Positions 46,821-56,073 of a stretch of 64,000 bases of DNA are shown piece by piece. Origin of the DNA: Candidatus Latescibacterota bacterium (lineage in GTDB: Bacteria; Latescibacterota; UBA2968; UBA8231); NCBI GenBank assembly GCA_965243025.1, contig CBDETY010000003.1:6528001-6592000 (forward strand), read 5' to 3'. The notes under the pieces are model-generated. The model was not told the origin of the DNA. It worked only from the letters and a program-made list of their open reading frames with translations, and did no database searches. Within the stretch, counting starts at the first letter, position 1; the number at the start of each line of letters is the position of its first letter. A program made the position numbers and the translations under genes.

Positions 46821-48809
46821 ATGAAAACGGACCACCCTTCCCGAGGCGCCGCCGGAATCCGCCGCCCCGGCACCGGCGAGGCGGATCACCCCGGATACGT
46901 GCGCCCGGCGCGCGCGCTGCTGGCCGGCTCGGCCATGAGCGCCGCGGTCGCCTTCTGGGGCCCTTACAACTGCCTGGTCGTGCGCGGCTCCTACATGACC
47001 ATCGACTTCACCACCGCCGCGGCCATCTTCCTGCTCTTCGCCGCCGCCCTGTTCGTCAACGCGGCGCTGCGGCGCCTGCTTCCCGGCCTGTCGCTGTCGG
47101 CGGGAGAGCTGTCGATCACCTACCTGATGGCGGCCATCGCCTGCTCGATCTGCACCATGGGGCTGACCCTGTACCTGGTCCCGATCCTGCCGGCGATCTC
47201 CTACATGGCGACCACCGAGAACGAGTGGTCCCAGGACATCCACCCGCATGTGCCGGACTGGCTGGTGCCGCAGGGGGACGAGGCGATCCGCGCTTTCTAC
47301 GAGGGGGTGGCCCAGGGCGAGCCCATTCCCTGGATGGTCTGGATCAAGCCTCTCCTCGGGTGGGTCCCCGTGCTCCTCGGGCTCTACCTCGTGATGATCT
47401 CCCTGGCGGTGCTGTTCCGCCGCCAGTGGATGGAGCACGAGCGCCTGGCCTATCCCCTGGCCCAGCTGCCCCTGGTGATCTGCTCCCAGGAGCAGGGCCG
47501 GGCGCTGAACCGCTTCCTCCGCAACCCGGTGATGTGGGCGGGGTTCGCCATCCCCTTCCTCGTCACCTCGATGAACGGACTGCACGCCTACCTCAACTAC
47601 ATCCCGGGAGTCGACCTGTCGGCGAGGATCCCGGTCCTGCGGGGCCTCGAGCAGCTCTCCGTCAACGTCAGCTTCCCGATGATGGGGTTCGCCTACCTGA
47701 CCCCCCAGGAGGTGACCCTGAGCATCTGGCTGTTCTACCTGCTCGGGTACGCCCTCAAGGGGTACTTCACCTACATCGGCCTGTCGCGCTCCCTCAACCT
47801 CGACATCTACGGGCAGAGCGACGGCGGTCCGATCCTCTCCTACGTGCAGTTCGGCGCCCTGATGGCGCTCACCGGCTACACCCTGTGGACGGCGCGGAAG
47901 TACCTGAAGGGGAGCTGGCGGGCGGCGGTCCACGGCGAAGGGAGCGGCAGCGGCGAGTTCTCCATGCGCGGGGTGTACGTGCAGCTGATCCTGGGACTGG
48001 CGCTGATGGCGGGGTGGTTCATCGCCGCGGGGGTGCCCTGGTGGGCGGCGGCGACCTTCGTGCTGGTGGCCGCGGCGACCTTCCTCGGCATCACCCGCAT
48101 CCTCTGCGAGTCGGGCCTGGCGGCGACGCGGGCGCAGCTGATCACGCCCACGGTGGTGCGCACCTTGTACGGCACCTCGGTGCTGGGAGGGTCCGGGGCG
48201 GTGGGGGTGCTCGCCCTGGGGCAGGTCTGGATGAGCGACGTGCGCACCTTCGTCATGGCCTCGGCCGCAAACGGCCTCAAGGTGACCGAGGCGGTCGCGC
48301 GCAAGGGGGTCGTCCTGTGGAGCATGATCCTGGCGGTTCTGCTCGGGGTGGGGGTGTCGGTCTGGACGACCCTGTACTACGCGTACCAGTCCGGCGCCAA
48401 CAACGCCAATTCCTGGTTCTTCCTGAACGGCCCGCGCTACACCATCGACTTCGCCGCCCATTACCTGCGCACCCCGGTCGGCCCCGACCTGGCCGGGCTG
48501 GGACTGATGGGTCTGGGCGGGGCGATCATGCTCGGCCTCTACTGGGTGCGGGGCCACGTGCTGTCGTTCCCCGTCCACCCCATGGGGCTGGCGGTGTCGC
48601 AGATCATGCTGACCCGTCACATGTGGTTCAGCGTCTTTCTGGTCTGGCTCGTCAAGGCGGCGCTGATCCGCTACGGCGGGCCGAACCTGCTGCAGCGGGT
48701 GCGTCCCTTCTTCCTCGGCCTGATCCTCGGGCAGTTCGCCGCCATCGCCTTCTGGCTGGCGGTCGACCTGGTGACCGGCGCCCAGGGGCACGGCCTCTAC
48801 TGGGTGTAG
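46821..48809 (+). CDS. DUF6785/DUF6784-like membrane protein (divergent third copy)
   Basis: 'LFRRQWMEHERLAYPLAQLP', 'FPVHPMG', 'RYGG..LQRVRPFFLGLILG'. Confidence 0.75.
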   Translation: MKTDHPSRGAAGIRRPGTGEADHPGYVRPARALLAGSAMSAAVAFWGPYNCLVVRGSYMTIDFTTAAAIFLLFAAALFVNAALRRLLPGLSLSAGELSITYLMAAIACSICTMGLTLYLVPILPAISYMATTENEWSQDIHPHVPDWLVPQGDEAIRAFYEGVAQGEPIPWMVWIKPLLGWVPVLLGLYLVMISLAVLFRRQWMEHERLAYPLAQLPLVICSQEQGRALNRFLRNPVMWAGFAIPFLVTSMNGLHAYLNYIPGVDLSARIPVLRGLEQLSVNVSFPMMGFAYLTPQEVTLSIWLFYLLGYALKGYFTYIGLSRSLNLDIYGQSDGGPILSYVQFGALMALTGYTLWTARKYLKGSWRAAVHGEGSGSGEFSMRGVYVQLILGLALMAGWFIAAGVPWWAAATFVLVAAATFLGITRILCESGLAATRAQLITPTVVRTLYGTSVLGGSGAVGVLALGQVWMSDVRTFVMASAANGLKVTEAVARKGVVLWSMILAVLLGVGVSVWTTLYYAYQSGANNANSWFFLNGPRYTIDFAAHYLRTPVGPDLAGLGLMGLGGAIMLGLYWVRGHVLSFPVHPMGLAVSQIMLTRHMWFSVFLVWLVKAALIRYGGPNLLQRVRPFFLGLILGQFAAIAFWLAVDLVTGAQGHGLYWV

Positions 48810-48871
48810 GGGCGGCCATGGGGGGCGGGGCCCCCGGGCAGTAGATTGATCCGAACTCGAGGAGGTGGGAA

Positions 48872-49645
48872 ATGTTCCGACTGTCGGTCTGTGAAGGCAC
48901 CGTGTTGCGGAGACTGTCGTTTCTGGAGCGGGTACGCTCCATCGCCCGGGCCGGATTCGGGGTCGACCTGTGGGGTTGGGAGGACGGCGACATCGACAGG
49001 ATTGCAGGCGATCCGGATATCGAAATCTGCGCCATGCCCGGCTGGGTCGGCGGCAGCATGGTTCACCCTGACGGAGTCGAGTCCTACCTCGCCGGGGTGA
49101 AGGAGAACCTGGCCGTTGCCGAACGTTTCGGGTGCCGCAACCTGAGCATTACCACCGGCGCGCTCGACGCCCAGGGGCGGATGGCCCACGCCGTCGCCGC
49201 GCATCCCGCGGCGATGTGGATCTCCGCCTACAAGTGCCTGTCCCGGGTGGCGGAGCTGGCCGAAAGGCACGGTGTCGTCTACAGCCTGGAACAGCTGAAC
49301 ACCAAGGTGGACCATGCCGGCTACCCCCTGCCTCGCACGGAAGACGTGGTGCGGCTTATCGAACAGGTCGGCAGCCCGCGCATCCGGTTGTTGTGCGACA
49401 TCTACCACATCCAGGTGGAAGAGGGGAACGTCGTCCAGTCGATCCGCGACTACCGCGGGTACATCGGCTACGTGCACGTGGCGGACGTACCGGGCCGGCA
49501 TGAGCCGGGCACGGGGGAGATCGACTACCGGCGAATCGCGGCGGTGCTGCGCGAGGTGGGTTACGACGGGGTGATCGGCATGGAGGCGTTTCCCGAAGCC
49601 GGCGACCTCGAGGCCATGGAGCGTTTCCGGGCCCTGTTCAGCTGA
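48872..49645 (+). CDS. Hydroxypyruvate isomerase-like (AP endonuclease 2/xylose isomerase barrel)
   Basis: 'LEQLNTKVDHAGY', 'CDIYHIQVEEG', 'HVADVPGRHEPGTGEI', 'IGME'. Confidence 0.85.
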   Translation: MFRLSVCEGTVLRRLSFLERVRSIARAGFGVDLWGWEDGDIDRIAGDPDIEICAMPGWVGGSMVHPDGVESYLAGVKENLAVAERFGCRNLSITTGALDAQGRMAHAVAAHPAAMWISAYKCLSRVAELAERHGVVYSLEQLNTKVDHAGYPLPRTEDVVRLIEQVGSPRIRLLCDIYHIQVEEGNVVQSIRDYRGYIGYVHVADVPGRHEPGTGEIDYRRIAAVLREVGYDGVIGMEAFPEAGDLEAMERFRALFS

Positions 49646-49758
49646 GACAGTTCCGGGTGAAGCGGGACCTGATGCGCCAGGAATACCTGGTATCCGTGCA
49701 CTGATCGGCCCCGGGCATTCACGAGCCCCTCTCGACGTGGGGCACTGGCCGTCTCCTT

Positions 49759-50481
49759 TCAGGCAGGCTGATAGGCGGAGGGCTCCAGCACGACGATGGT
49801 GGGGCGGCCCGGCCCCAAAGGAGGCAGGGGAAACGTCACCGTGTGATGACGCGGGTAGATGACGGGATCGCGGGGCCGCCGTTCGAGAAACGCGTCGACC
49901 CTGGTCATCCCAGCGGTGAGCGGCGGCAGGTTGTAGTGCATCGGCACGATCCATGCCGGGTTCAGGAAGTCGATCATCGGATCGAGCTCGTCCAGCCGCA
50001 GGGTCAGATTCTCACCGACAAGGGCAAGCAGCACGTCGCAGCGGCCGGCGAAGGGGGCGAGTTCGTCTGCTCCGATCCCGTACCCCAGGTCGCCCATGTG
50101 CAGGAACCAGAGGCCGCCGGCCCTGAAAGCGTAGAGCGCGTTGTCGTCCGGGCTTTCAGGGTGGTGCGGTGCCTCGGCCGCCTGCACGGCAACCATCGGC
50201 TCGCCATTGATGTGCACCCGGCGCCGGCCCCGGGCGATGTCCAGGGCGTCGATCACCCGGGGCTTCCCCTCGACGGCCTGGTAGTGTGAATGCCCCTCGT
50301 CCGTCAGCGAGCTGACGATAACCGTATCCGCCTGCAGCCGGAAGTCGAGGACGTCGGGATCGGCTATTCCGCAGGCCGCGGAAACGACCTCGGGATTGTA
50401 GGGGTCCATGGCGAGGGTCGGGCCCTCGTCCTGCCTCAGACGAAAGCATGCGAGTCCAACCCACTCAAGATGCACGGCCAT
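49759..50481 (-). CDS. Metallo-beta-lactamase-fold protein (UPF0173-like)
   Basis: 'LAMDPY', 'FLHMGDLG', 'IVPMHY'; HxHxDH motif degenerate. Confidence 0.7.
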   Translation of the reverse strand: MAVHLEWVGLACFRLRQDEGPTLAMDPYNPEVVSAACGIADPDVLDFRLQADTVIVSSLTDEGHSHYQAVEGKPRVIDALDIARGRRRVHINGEPMVAVQAAEAPHHPESPDDNALYAFRAGGLWFLHMGDLGYGIGADELAPFAGRCDVLLALVGENLTLRLDELDPMIDFLNPAWIVPMHYNLPPLTAGMTRVDAFLERRPRDPVIYPRHHTVTFPLPPLGPGRPTIVVLEPSAYQPA

Positions 50482-50485
50482 GCTG

Positions 50486-51505
50486 TCAGTCTCCCCCTTT
50501 TTGCGTCAGGCCGCCGGCCCGGTCGATGCCGGCTATCTCCCACCACTTGGCCCCGGACGGCTTCTCGATCACCAGCGGCTTGAGGAACGACACCGATTTT
50601 CCAAGGCCCTCTTCCACCTCGAAGTACTCGCTTTCCATCTCGACCGAGATCACGTGATCGTAGCCGAGGAGGCGCAGTGTTGAAATGAACTCGCGCCAGG
50701 CCGCTTCGTCGTGGCCCCAGCCGGCCAGCGTATAGGTCCAGGAGCGGTCGGCGAACTGCCCGGTGGAGGTGGCGTCCATCATGCCGCGCACCCGGGCGTT
50801 GTGCCGGGAGACCAGGATGTCCTTGGCGTGGACGTGCTGGACCAGCGGACCCAGGAAATGCACCGCCTCCACCGGGTCGATTCCCTGGTACCACATGTGC
50901 GAGATGTCGAAATTGCAGGCCGCGACCGGGCCGATCTCCTCGCGGAGCCGCTTCAATGTCACCGGGTTGTGGATCATGTCGCCGCCGTGCATTTCGAAGC
51001 AGAGCGTCACCCCGTGGTCGGCGGCGATCTTCCCGTGCTCGCGCCAGTACGGGAGCAGGCGCTGTTCCCACTGCCATTCGAGGCTGTCGCGCAGAAAAGG
51101 CCAATCGGCGAAGGTCACCCAGTTGGGAGCGGTGTCCCCCTCGGCCCCTTCCGGGAGGCCGGCGAGCAACGTCATGCTCCGGAGGCCGGACAGCTCCATG
51201 AGCTCGCAGGTCTGCCGGAACTCGCGCGAGTACTCCGCGGCGACCGCTTTGTCGGGCATGAGCGGCGCCCCGTGTCCCCCGAGGGCGCTGATCTCGAGAT
51301 CATGGCGGGCGAAGGCGTCCAGCCAGCGCTCGATTTCCCCCCTGTCGGCGAGGAGCTTAGCGAGATCGCAATACCCCCGGCCCCATAGTCCGAAGGCACC
51401 CACCTCTACCGCCTGAAATCCCATGTTCCGGGCGTACTGCAGACCTTCCCCGAACTCGAACTGCTCCAGGTTCTGCGAAATCACGCCGAGTTTCATGCCC
51501 ATCAC
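50486..51505 (-). CDS. Sugar phosphate isomerase/epimerase (xylose isomerase-like barrel)
   Basis: 'CFEMHGG', 'NFDISHMWYQGIDP', 'HVHAKD', 'ISVEME'; start may be ATG 51496. Confidence 0.85.
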   Translation of the reverse strand: MMGMKLGVISQNLEQFEFGEGLQYARNMGFQAVEVGAFGLWGRGYCDLAKLLADRGEIERWLDAFARHDLEISALGGHGAPLMPDKAVAAEYSREFRQTCELMELSGLRSMTLLAGLPEGAEGDTAPNWVTFADWPFLRDSLEWQWEQRLLPYWREHGKIAADHGVTLCFEMHGGDMIHNPVTLKRLREEIGPVAACNFDISHMWYQGIDPVEAVHFLGPLVQHVHAKDILVSRHNARVRGMMDATSTGQFADRSWTYTLAGWGHDEAAWREFISTLRLLGYDHVISVEMESEYFEVEEGLGKSVSFLKPLVIEKPSGAKWWEIAGIDRAGGLTQKGGD

Positions 51506-51606
51506 CTTTCGAGCGACAGCTGACGGATGTTTGTGTCAGGACCGGAATCGACTGAACGCCACCCGGCCGTGTCCATGATCCCACGCCCTGCTCACACCCC
51601 CGCCGG

Positions 51607-52407
51607 TCAGCTGGCCCCGAGCGCCTCCTGAAATCGAGACAGCGTTCCGGTCAGGGCCTGGCGCTTCAGGACGAGGTCGACCCCCACGAAGAAGACCCGG
51701 ACGCCGAGGTCGCGGTAGTACTCCGCCTCTTCGATGCTGAATGCGCCGGCCGTCGTGATCCTGCCGGCCTCGGCCGCGGCTCTGAGAACCCGCTCGATCT
51801 TCGGGGCCTGGCGCGTCCTGGCCTCGTCGCCGAAGAGCCCGAGACCGACTGCCCAGTCCATCGGACCCACAGTGACCATGTCGATGCCTTCGACCGCGAG
51901 GATCCCTTCCAGCGCATCGCAGGCCTCGTCGCTCTCGATCATCACCATCAGATGGGTGGAGTCATTGGCCTCGCGCAGTCTCTTCCGCGGGTCGGAACCC
52001 ATGGTGAAGTCGGTGCCGGCGCTGGAGCTGGAGACGCCGCGCTGCCCCAGGGGCGGGTACTTGCCCAGTTCGACGAAGCGGGCCGCCTCCCCGGCGTTGC
52101 GCACGTCGGGTAGCGCCAGCACCTGTATGCCTCCGTCGAGCAGGCGCTGCACCTGGGTGCGCGACAGCTCCGGCATGCGCACGAGCGGCACCATGCCGAG
52201 GTGAGTGATGGTACGGCCCAGCCGCAGGGTCTCGGCCGTGGACTGGGGGCCGTGCTCCATGTCGAGCCAGACGACGTGGTAGCCGGCCTGCGCCATCAAC
52301 TCGATGTCGGTGAGGGTGGCGTCGCGGCAGATCACCCCGTACAGGGTTTCGTGTTCGTCAAGCAATTCTCCGAGGCGGTTGCTCAGGGGCTGAGGCGCGT
52401 TCTCCAT
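51607..52407 (-). CDS. HpcH/HpaI aldolase family protein
   Basis: 'WLDMEHGP', 'RLLDGG', 'KYPPLGQRG', 'VMIES', 'VGPMD'. Confidence 0.9.
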   Translation of the reverse strand: MENAPQPLSNRLGELLDEHETLYGVICRDATLTDIELMAQAGYHVVWLDMEHGPQSTAETLRLGRTITHLGMVPLVRMPELSRTQVQRLLDGGIQVLALPDVRNAGEAARFVELGKYPPLGQRGVSSSSAGTDFTMGSDPRKRLREANDSTHLMVMIESDEACDALEGILAVEGIDMVTVGPMDWAVGLGLFGDEARTRQAPKIERVLRAAAEAGRITTAGAFSIEEAEYYRDLGVRVFFVGVDLVLKRQALTGTLSRFQEALGAS

Positions 52408-52503
52408 GGTTTTTCCCTTGATCCAGCGTGGTTGACAAGGTCTGCTTATTGGGCGGCCATCCTGTCATATGCCGCGGATCGCGACGGCCATCCGTGGAAA
52501 CCG

Positions 52504-53754
52504 TCAGGGCCCCAGGGCGCGGATGGGGATCACTCCCACGTCCCCGGGTCCGGCGGTACCGTACCCCTTCGGCACGATCACCGCGAGGGCCGATGGCCTG
52601 TCGTGGTCGCTTTGCTCCATCCGGCTGGCCAGTCTGCGAAGGTTCCTGGCGCCGTCTTCCACCCAGCGTTCGCCCAGCTTGATCTCGAACGCCGCCCAGC
52701 GTCCATCCGCGGCCTCGACAATGGCGTCCACTTCCAGCCCCTCCTTCTCCCGGTAGTGGAACACCTGGGCGTCCGCGGCCTGGGCGTACACTCGCAGGTC
52801 GCGGATGACCATGGACTCGAACAGAAGACCGAGGAACTCCAGGTCGGCCGTCAGGCGGGAGGGCGTGGCTCGCATTGCGGCAACCGCCAGCGAGGGATCG
52901 ACGAAATGTCTGACGGGCGTTTCCCGAAGGGTCGTGCGGGACCGCAGATGAGGGGACCATGCCGGCTGGTTTTCCACCACCATGAGCCGGTCCAGGGCGT
53001 CGATGTACGCGGCAACCGTGTCCGCCTTCAGGGGTGCGTTGTTGTCGCCGACCTCGGCGGTCAGCTTCGACATGGCAACGGGCGTGGCGATGTTGCGCGC
53101 CAGCGACCGCAGCAGGCGTCCCACCTTGACCGGATCCCGTGTTTTTCCACTGACCGTCGATACATCCGTGCGACGTATCTCGTCGAGGTAGGCGCGGTTC
53201 GCGCGCAAGGTCTGCGACAGCGCCTTGCCGATGTTGGCCGGCCAGCCGCCTGCGCAAACAAGCTCGGCGACGGCCGCGATCGACAGCCCGGATTGCTTCG
53301 CTCGCTGTTCCGAGCCGTCCAGGAGGCGCTGCAAGGAGATTTCCCCAGTGGAGTGACCGGTCTCGTACAGCGACATCGGGCGCATGCGCAGCCGGGCGAA
53401 ACGGCCGGCGCCGGTATGGCGGGTGATCTCGTCGGCGGGAACCGCCGAACCGGTGAGTATGAACTGGCCGGGAGCAGCCCGCCGGTCGACGGCCCTGCGC
53501 ACATGGTTCCAGACGACGGGTTCGAGTTGCCACTCGTCAATCAGTCGCGGCGTGTCTCCGCTCAATACAGCTTCCGGATCTGCGCCGATCATGCGCCGGG
53601 CGTTGTCGTCGACGTCCAGCAGAACTTCGCTTCGGGCCGCCTGCATGGCGGTAGCCGTCTTCCCGGATGCCTTGGGCCCTTCTACAAGGACCGCACCGGA
53701 GGCTCCAAGCAACTCCGCCAGTTCGGCATCGACGATTCGCGGCAGGTATGTCAT
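52504..53754 (-). CDS. AAA_14 ATPase with DUF4143 and C-terminal PD-(D/E)xK-like domain
   Basis: 'YLPRIVD', Walker A 'GPKASGKT', 'LIDEWQ', 'LTGSA', 'LFES', 'EVDAIVE..FEIK'. Confidence 0.9.
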   Translation of the reverse strand: MTYLPRIVDAELAELLGASGAVLVEGPKASGKTATAMQAARSEVLLDVDDNARRMIGADPEAVLSGDTPRLIDEWQLEPVVWNHVRRAVDRRAAPGQFILTGSAVPADEITRHTGAGRFARLRMRPMSLYETGHSTGEISLQRLLDGSEQRAKQSGLSIAAVAELVCAGGWPANIGKALSQTLRANRAYLDEIRRTDVSTVSGKTRDPVKVGRLLRSLARNIATPVAMSKLTAEVGDNNAPLKADTVAAYIDALDRLMVVENQPAWSPHLRSRTTLRETPVRHFVDPSLAVAAMRATPSRLTADLEFLGLLFESMVIRDLRVYAQAADAQVFHYREKEGLEVDAIVEAADGRWAAFEIKLGERWVEDGARNLRRLASRMEQSDHDRPSALAVIVPKGYGTAGPGDVGVIPIRALGP

Positions 53755-53806
53755 GGGTTGGCTGGCAGGCAAGACGTTTGGGTACAGTAGTCCCGACAAG
53801 CTTGCA

Positions 53807-53898
53807 GCGCAACTGCAACGGGTGATTCGGCGCAACTGTAGAGGGTGATTCGGCGGTCTATCAGCGGGTGATTCGGCGGAGGATCAGCGGGTGGTTCG
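53807..53898. repeat. Four 23-bp tandem units with core GGGTGATTCG
   Basis: gcgcaactgcaacgggtgattcg / gcgcaactgtagagggtgattcg / gcggtctatcagcgggtgattcg / gcggaggatcagcgggtggttcg. Confidence 0.85.
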
Positions 53899-53950
53899 GA
53901 GGTGGAGGTGGGAACCGGGAATCACCGGATCCCGGAACCGGCCCTTCCGG

Positions 53951-54433
53951 TCAAGGTCCGTTCACTTCTGGTTCCAGCATCCACGCGACAAACCTTTCGA
54001 CGTGGTCGCGAAATGCCGCGAGAGTCTCGGGCAACCCTTTTTCCAGGGAGGCCATCCGCTCCGCTTCCAACACCCCGCCGTAAACATTCCGGAACACGTG
54101 CCGAAAACGGAGGTACTCGCCGAGCGTCCGGGCAAGGCCCTGGTCGATAACCGCCGGCCTGACCTCGGGAATGTCGAGCGTCATATCGTCGACCAGGTCC
54201 CGGTCCCACTGATCACCTCGCGGAACCCCGCCGTTGAGAACGGGTGCTATGCGTATGAAGACGCGTTCAAAGCCGTTGTAGAAATCGTGCAGAATCGAGC
54301 CGCGAGCCCGCAGGGAATAGATGTCGTCCTGTTGTGGGGCATTGGCGAGCTCCTCCCCCAGGGCCGACAGGCTCGCAAGCTCGGATTCGATTTCCGCGGC
54401 GAGCCGTCTGGCCAGAACCTCTTCCATCCTCAC
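53951..54433 (-). CDS. HEPN-domain (HepT-like) ribonuclease toxin
   Basis: 'LHDFYNGFERVF.RIA', 'RPAVI', 'YLRFRHVFRNVYG'. Confidence 0.8.
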   Translation of the reverse strand: MRMEEVLARRLAAEIESELASLSALGEELANAPQQDDIYSLRARGSILHDFYNGFERVFIRIAPVLNGGVPRGDQWDRDLVDDMTLDIPEVRPAVIDQGLARTLGEYLRFRHVFRNVYGGVLEAERMASLEKGLPETLAAFRDHVERFVAWMLEPEVNGP

Positions 54434-54765
54434 AGCTCGACTCCGGTATCATTTACGACCCGACGAAGGGAGGCCGTGGCCACTTCCAGGGCGGTCAGGT
54501 CAAGCCTGAAATCGGTCATGGCCGCAGCACCGGCAGACACCGAATAGAATTGACCCGGTTCGATTCCCTCGACTACGAGATCGATATCAGAGCGATCGGT
54601 GAACGGCCGGGCCGGCTCGAAAACGGATCCGATGCCGACTACCCGGCTGGCGCCCTGCTTGACCAGCCAGGCAGAGATGCGTTGCGCATCTGCCAGCGCC
54701 AGCTGCCGGTCGCCGGACTCGAAGTGGGTAGCCCTGATGTGGTTGAGAAGAGTGCTGCGGTCCAT
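54430..54765 (-). CDS. Minimal nucleotidyltransferase (MNT) antitoxin
   Basis: 'IGSV...RSDIDLVVEG' GS..DxD motif; overlaps HEPN start. Confidence 0.85.
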   Translation of the reverse strand: MDRSTLLNHIRATHFESGDRQLALADAQRISAWLVKQGASRVVGIGSVFEPARPFTDRSDIDLVVEGIEPGQFYSVSAGAAAMTDFRLDLTALEVATASLRRVVNDTGVEL

Positions 54766-54851
54766 ACCCTGAATCTACACGATGGCAATCAGGTGGCGAC
54801 AATTCCACCGGGTAACCGGATTTGGTTATTGCCTTGGAGACGGTCATGCGG

Positions 54852-54904
54852 AAGACGTCTTTATGAAGGTTTTCATTGACATGGGACGTCTGGACGTCTA
54901 TTGT
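54852..54904 (+). promoter_or_regulatory. MTase promoter with three GACGTC palindromes
   Basis: TTGACA(54876)-N17-TATTGT(54899); GACGTC at 54854, 54885, 54893. Confidence 0.75.
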
Positions 54905-54936
54905 GGACCGTCACAGAAAAAAGGAAAGAAGATTTC

Positions 54937-56073
54937 ATGAGATATGCTCCTGGAAAGGTTCGCGATGCCATCCTGCAGGTCTTGGCCACCTCGCCCGAAG
55001 GACTGCCTGTCAGCCAGATAGAGAAACGGGTAGCCCAGTCGATCGGGCCGACTCCCGGGTCCTCGATAAGGTCATGCTTGCGGCTCAAAACGCCGGAAAC
55101 TTTCATCAGGGAGGAACGCGGGGTCTACAGGGTGAGGCCCGAGGTCCTGGCGGACTTTCAGGGCGACCTACAGATCGACGCCGAGCCATGGCGGCAGCCA
55201 TTTTTCTTCGGCCGAACCGCATTGATCCATGGTGACTGCTTCGCCTGGCTGGAGGAGCGAAAAAACAACAGCATCCATGCCGTCGTCACTGACCCTCCGT
55301 ACGGACTGCATGAGTACACACCCCAACAACAGCTGAAGATGCGGCAGGGAATGGGGGGCGTGTGGCGGATTCCGCCCTCCTTCGATGGCCATGCGCGCTC
55401 CCCGTTGCCCAGGTTCACCGTTCTTTCCGACCAGCAACGCGATCAGCTGGGCCGGTTCTTCACCCTCTGGGGCCGGCTCCTGCTGCCCAAACTCGTTCCC
55501 GGGGCGAACGTCGTTGTCGCCTCGAACCCCCTCCTCGTCCATATCGTGGCAGGGGCGCTGGAAGAAGCCGGCATGGAGTGCCGAGGCAGCATCACCAGAC
55601 TGGTCATGACCATGCGGGGCGGCGACAGGCCGAAGGCCGCTCACGAGGAGTTCAGCGATGTGAGCGTGATGCCGCGTTCGATGTGGGAGCCCTGGATCGT
55701 CTTCAGGAGGCCTGTCGAGGGACGAGTGCAGGACAATCTGCGGAAGTGGAAGACCGGCGGTTTCCGGCGCCCATCCGAGGACAAACCGTTCGGGGACGTG
55801 ATCAAGTCCGCCCCTACCCGGAAGAACGAGCGTGCCCTTGCGCCGCATCCGAGCCTGAAACCGCAAGCCTTTCTCAGGCAACTGGTTCGCGGAGTCCTCC
55901 CGCTGAGGGAGGGTGTCGTCCTGGACCCGTTCGCCGGCGCCGGTTCAACTCTCGCAGCGGCCGAAGCGGTCGGGTACGAGAGCATCGGCATCGAGAAGGA
56001 TCCCCACTATTTCGATGTAGGGGTTCACGCAGTTCCCGCACTCTGCGCCTTCGAACCGAACGGACGGCCTTAG
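54937..56073 (+). CDS. Amino (N6-A/N4-C) DNA methyltransferase, beta class, with N-terminal wHTH-like extension
   Basis: Motif IV 'TDPPY' before motif I 'LDPFAGAGST'; 'HPSLKP'. Confidence 0.9.
   Translation: MRYAPGKVRDAILQVLATSPEGLPVSQIEKRVAQSIGPTPGSSIRSCLRLKTPETFIREERGVYRVRPEVLADFQGDLQIDAEPWRQPFFFGRTALIHGDCFAWLEERKNNSIHAVVTDPPYGLHEYTPQQQLKMRQGMGGVWRIPPSFDGHARSPLPRFTVLSDQQRDQLGRFFTLWGRLLLPKLVPGANVVVASNPLLVHIVAGALEEAGMECRGSITRLVMTMRGGDRPKAAHEEFSDVSVMPRSMWEPWIVFRRPVEGRVQDNLRKWKTGGFRRPSEDKPFGDVIKSAPTRKNERALAPHPSLKPQAFLRQLVRGVLPLREGVVLDPFAGAGSTLAAAEAVGYESIGIEKDPHYFDVGVHAVPALCAFEPNGRP

Noticed and set aside
53807-53898. Possible mini-CRISPR
   Set aside because: 23-bp period is too short, 'spacers' resemble each other, no cas genes
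53899-53925. GGTGGAGGTGGG..GGGAATC resembling the reverse complement of a tmRNA/tRNA 3' end (att site)
   Set aside because: Only about 10 bp match, T-arm not intact, no integrase nearby
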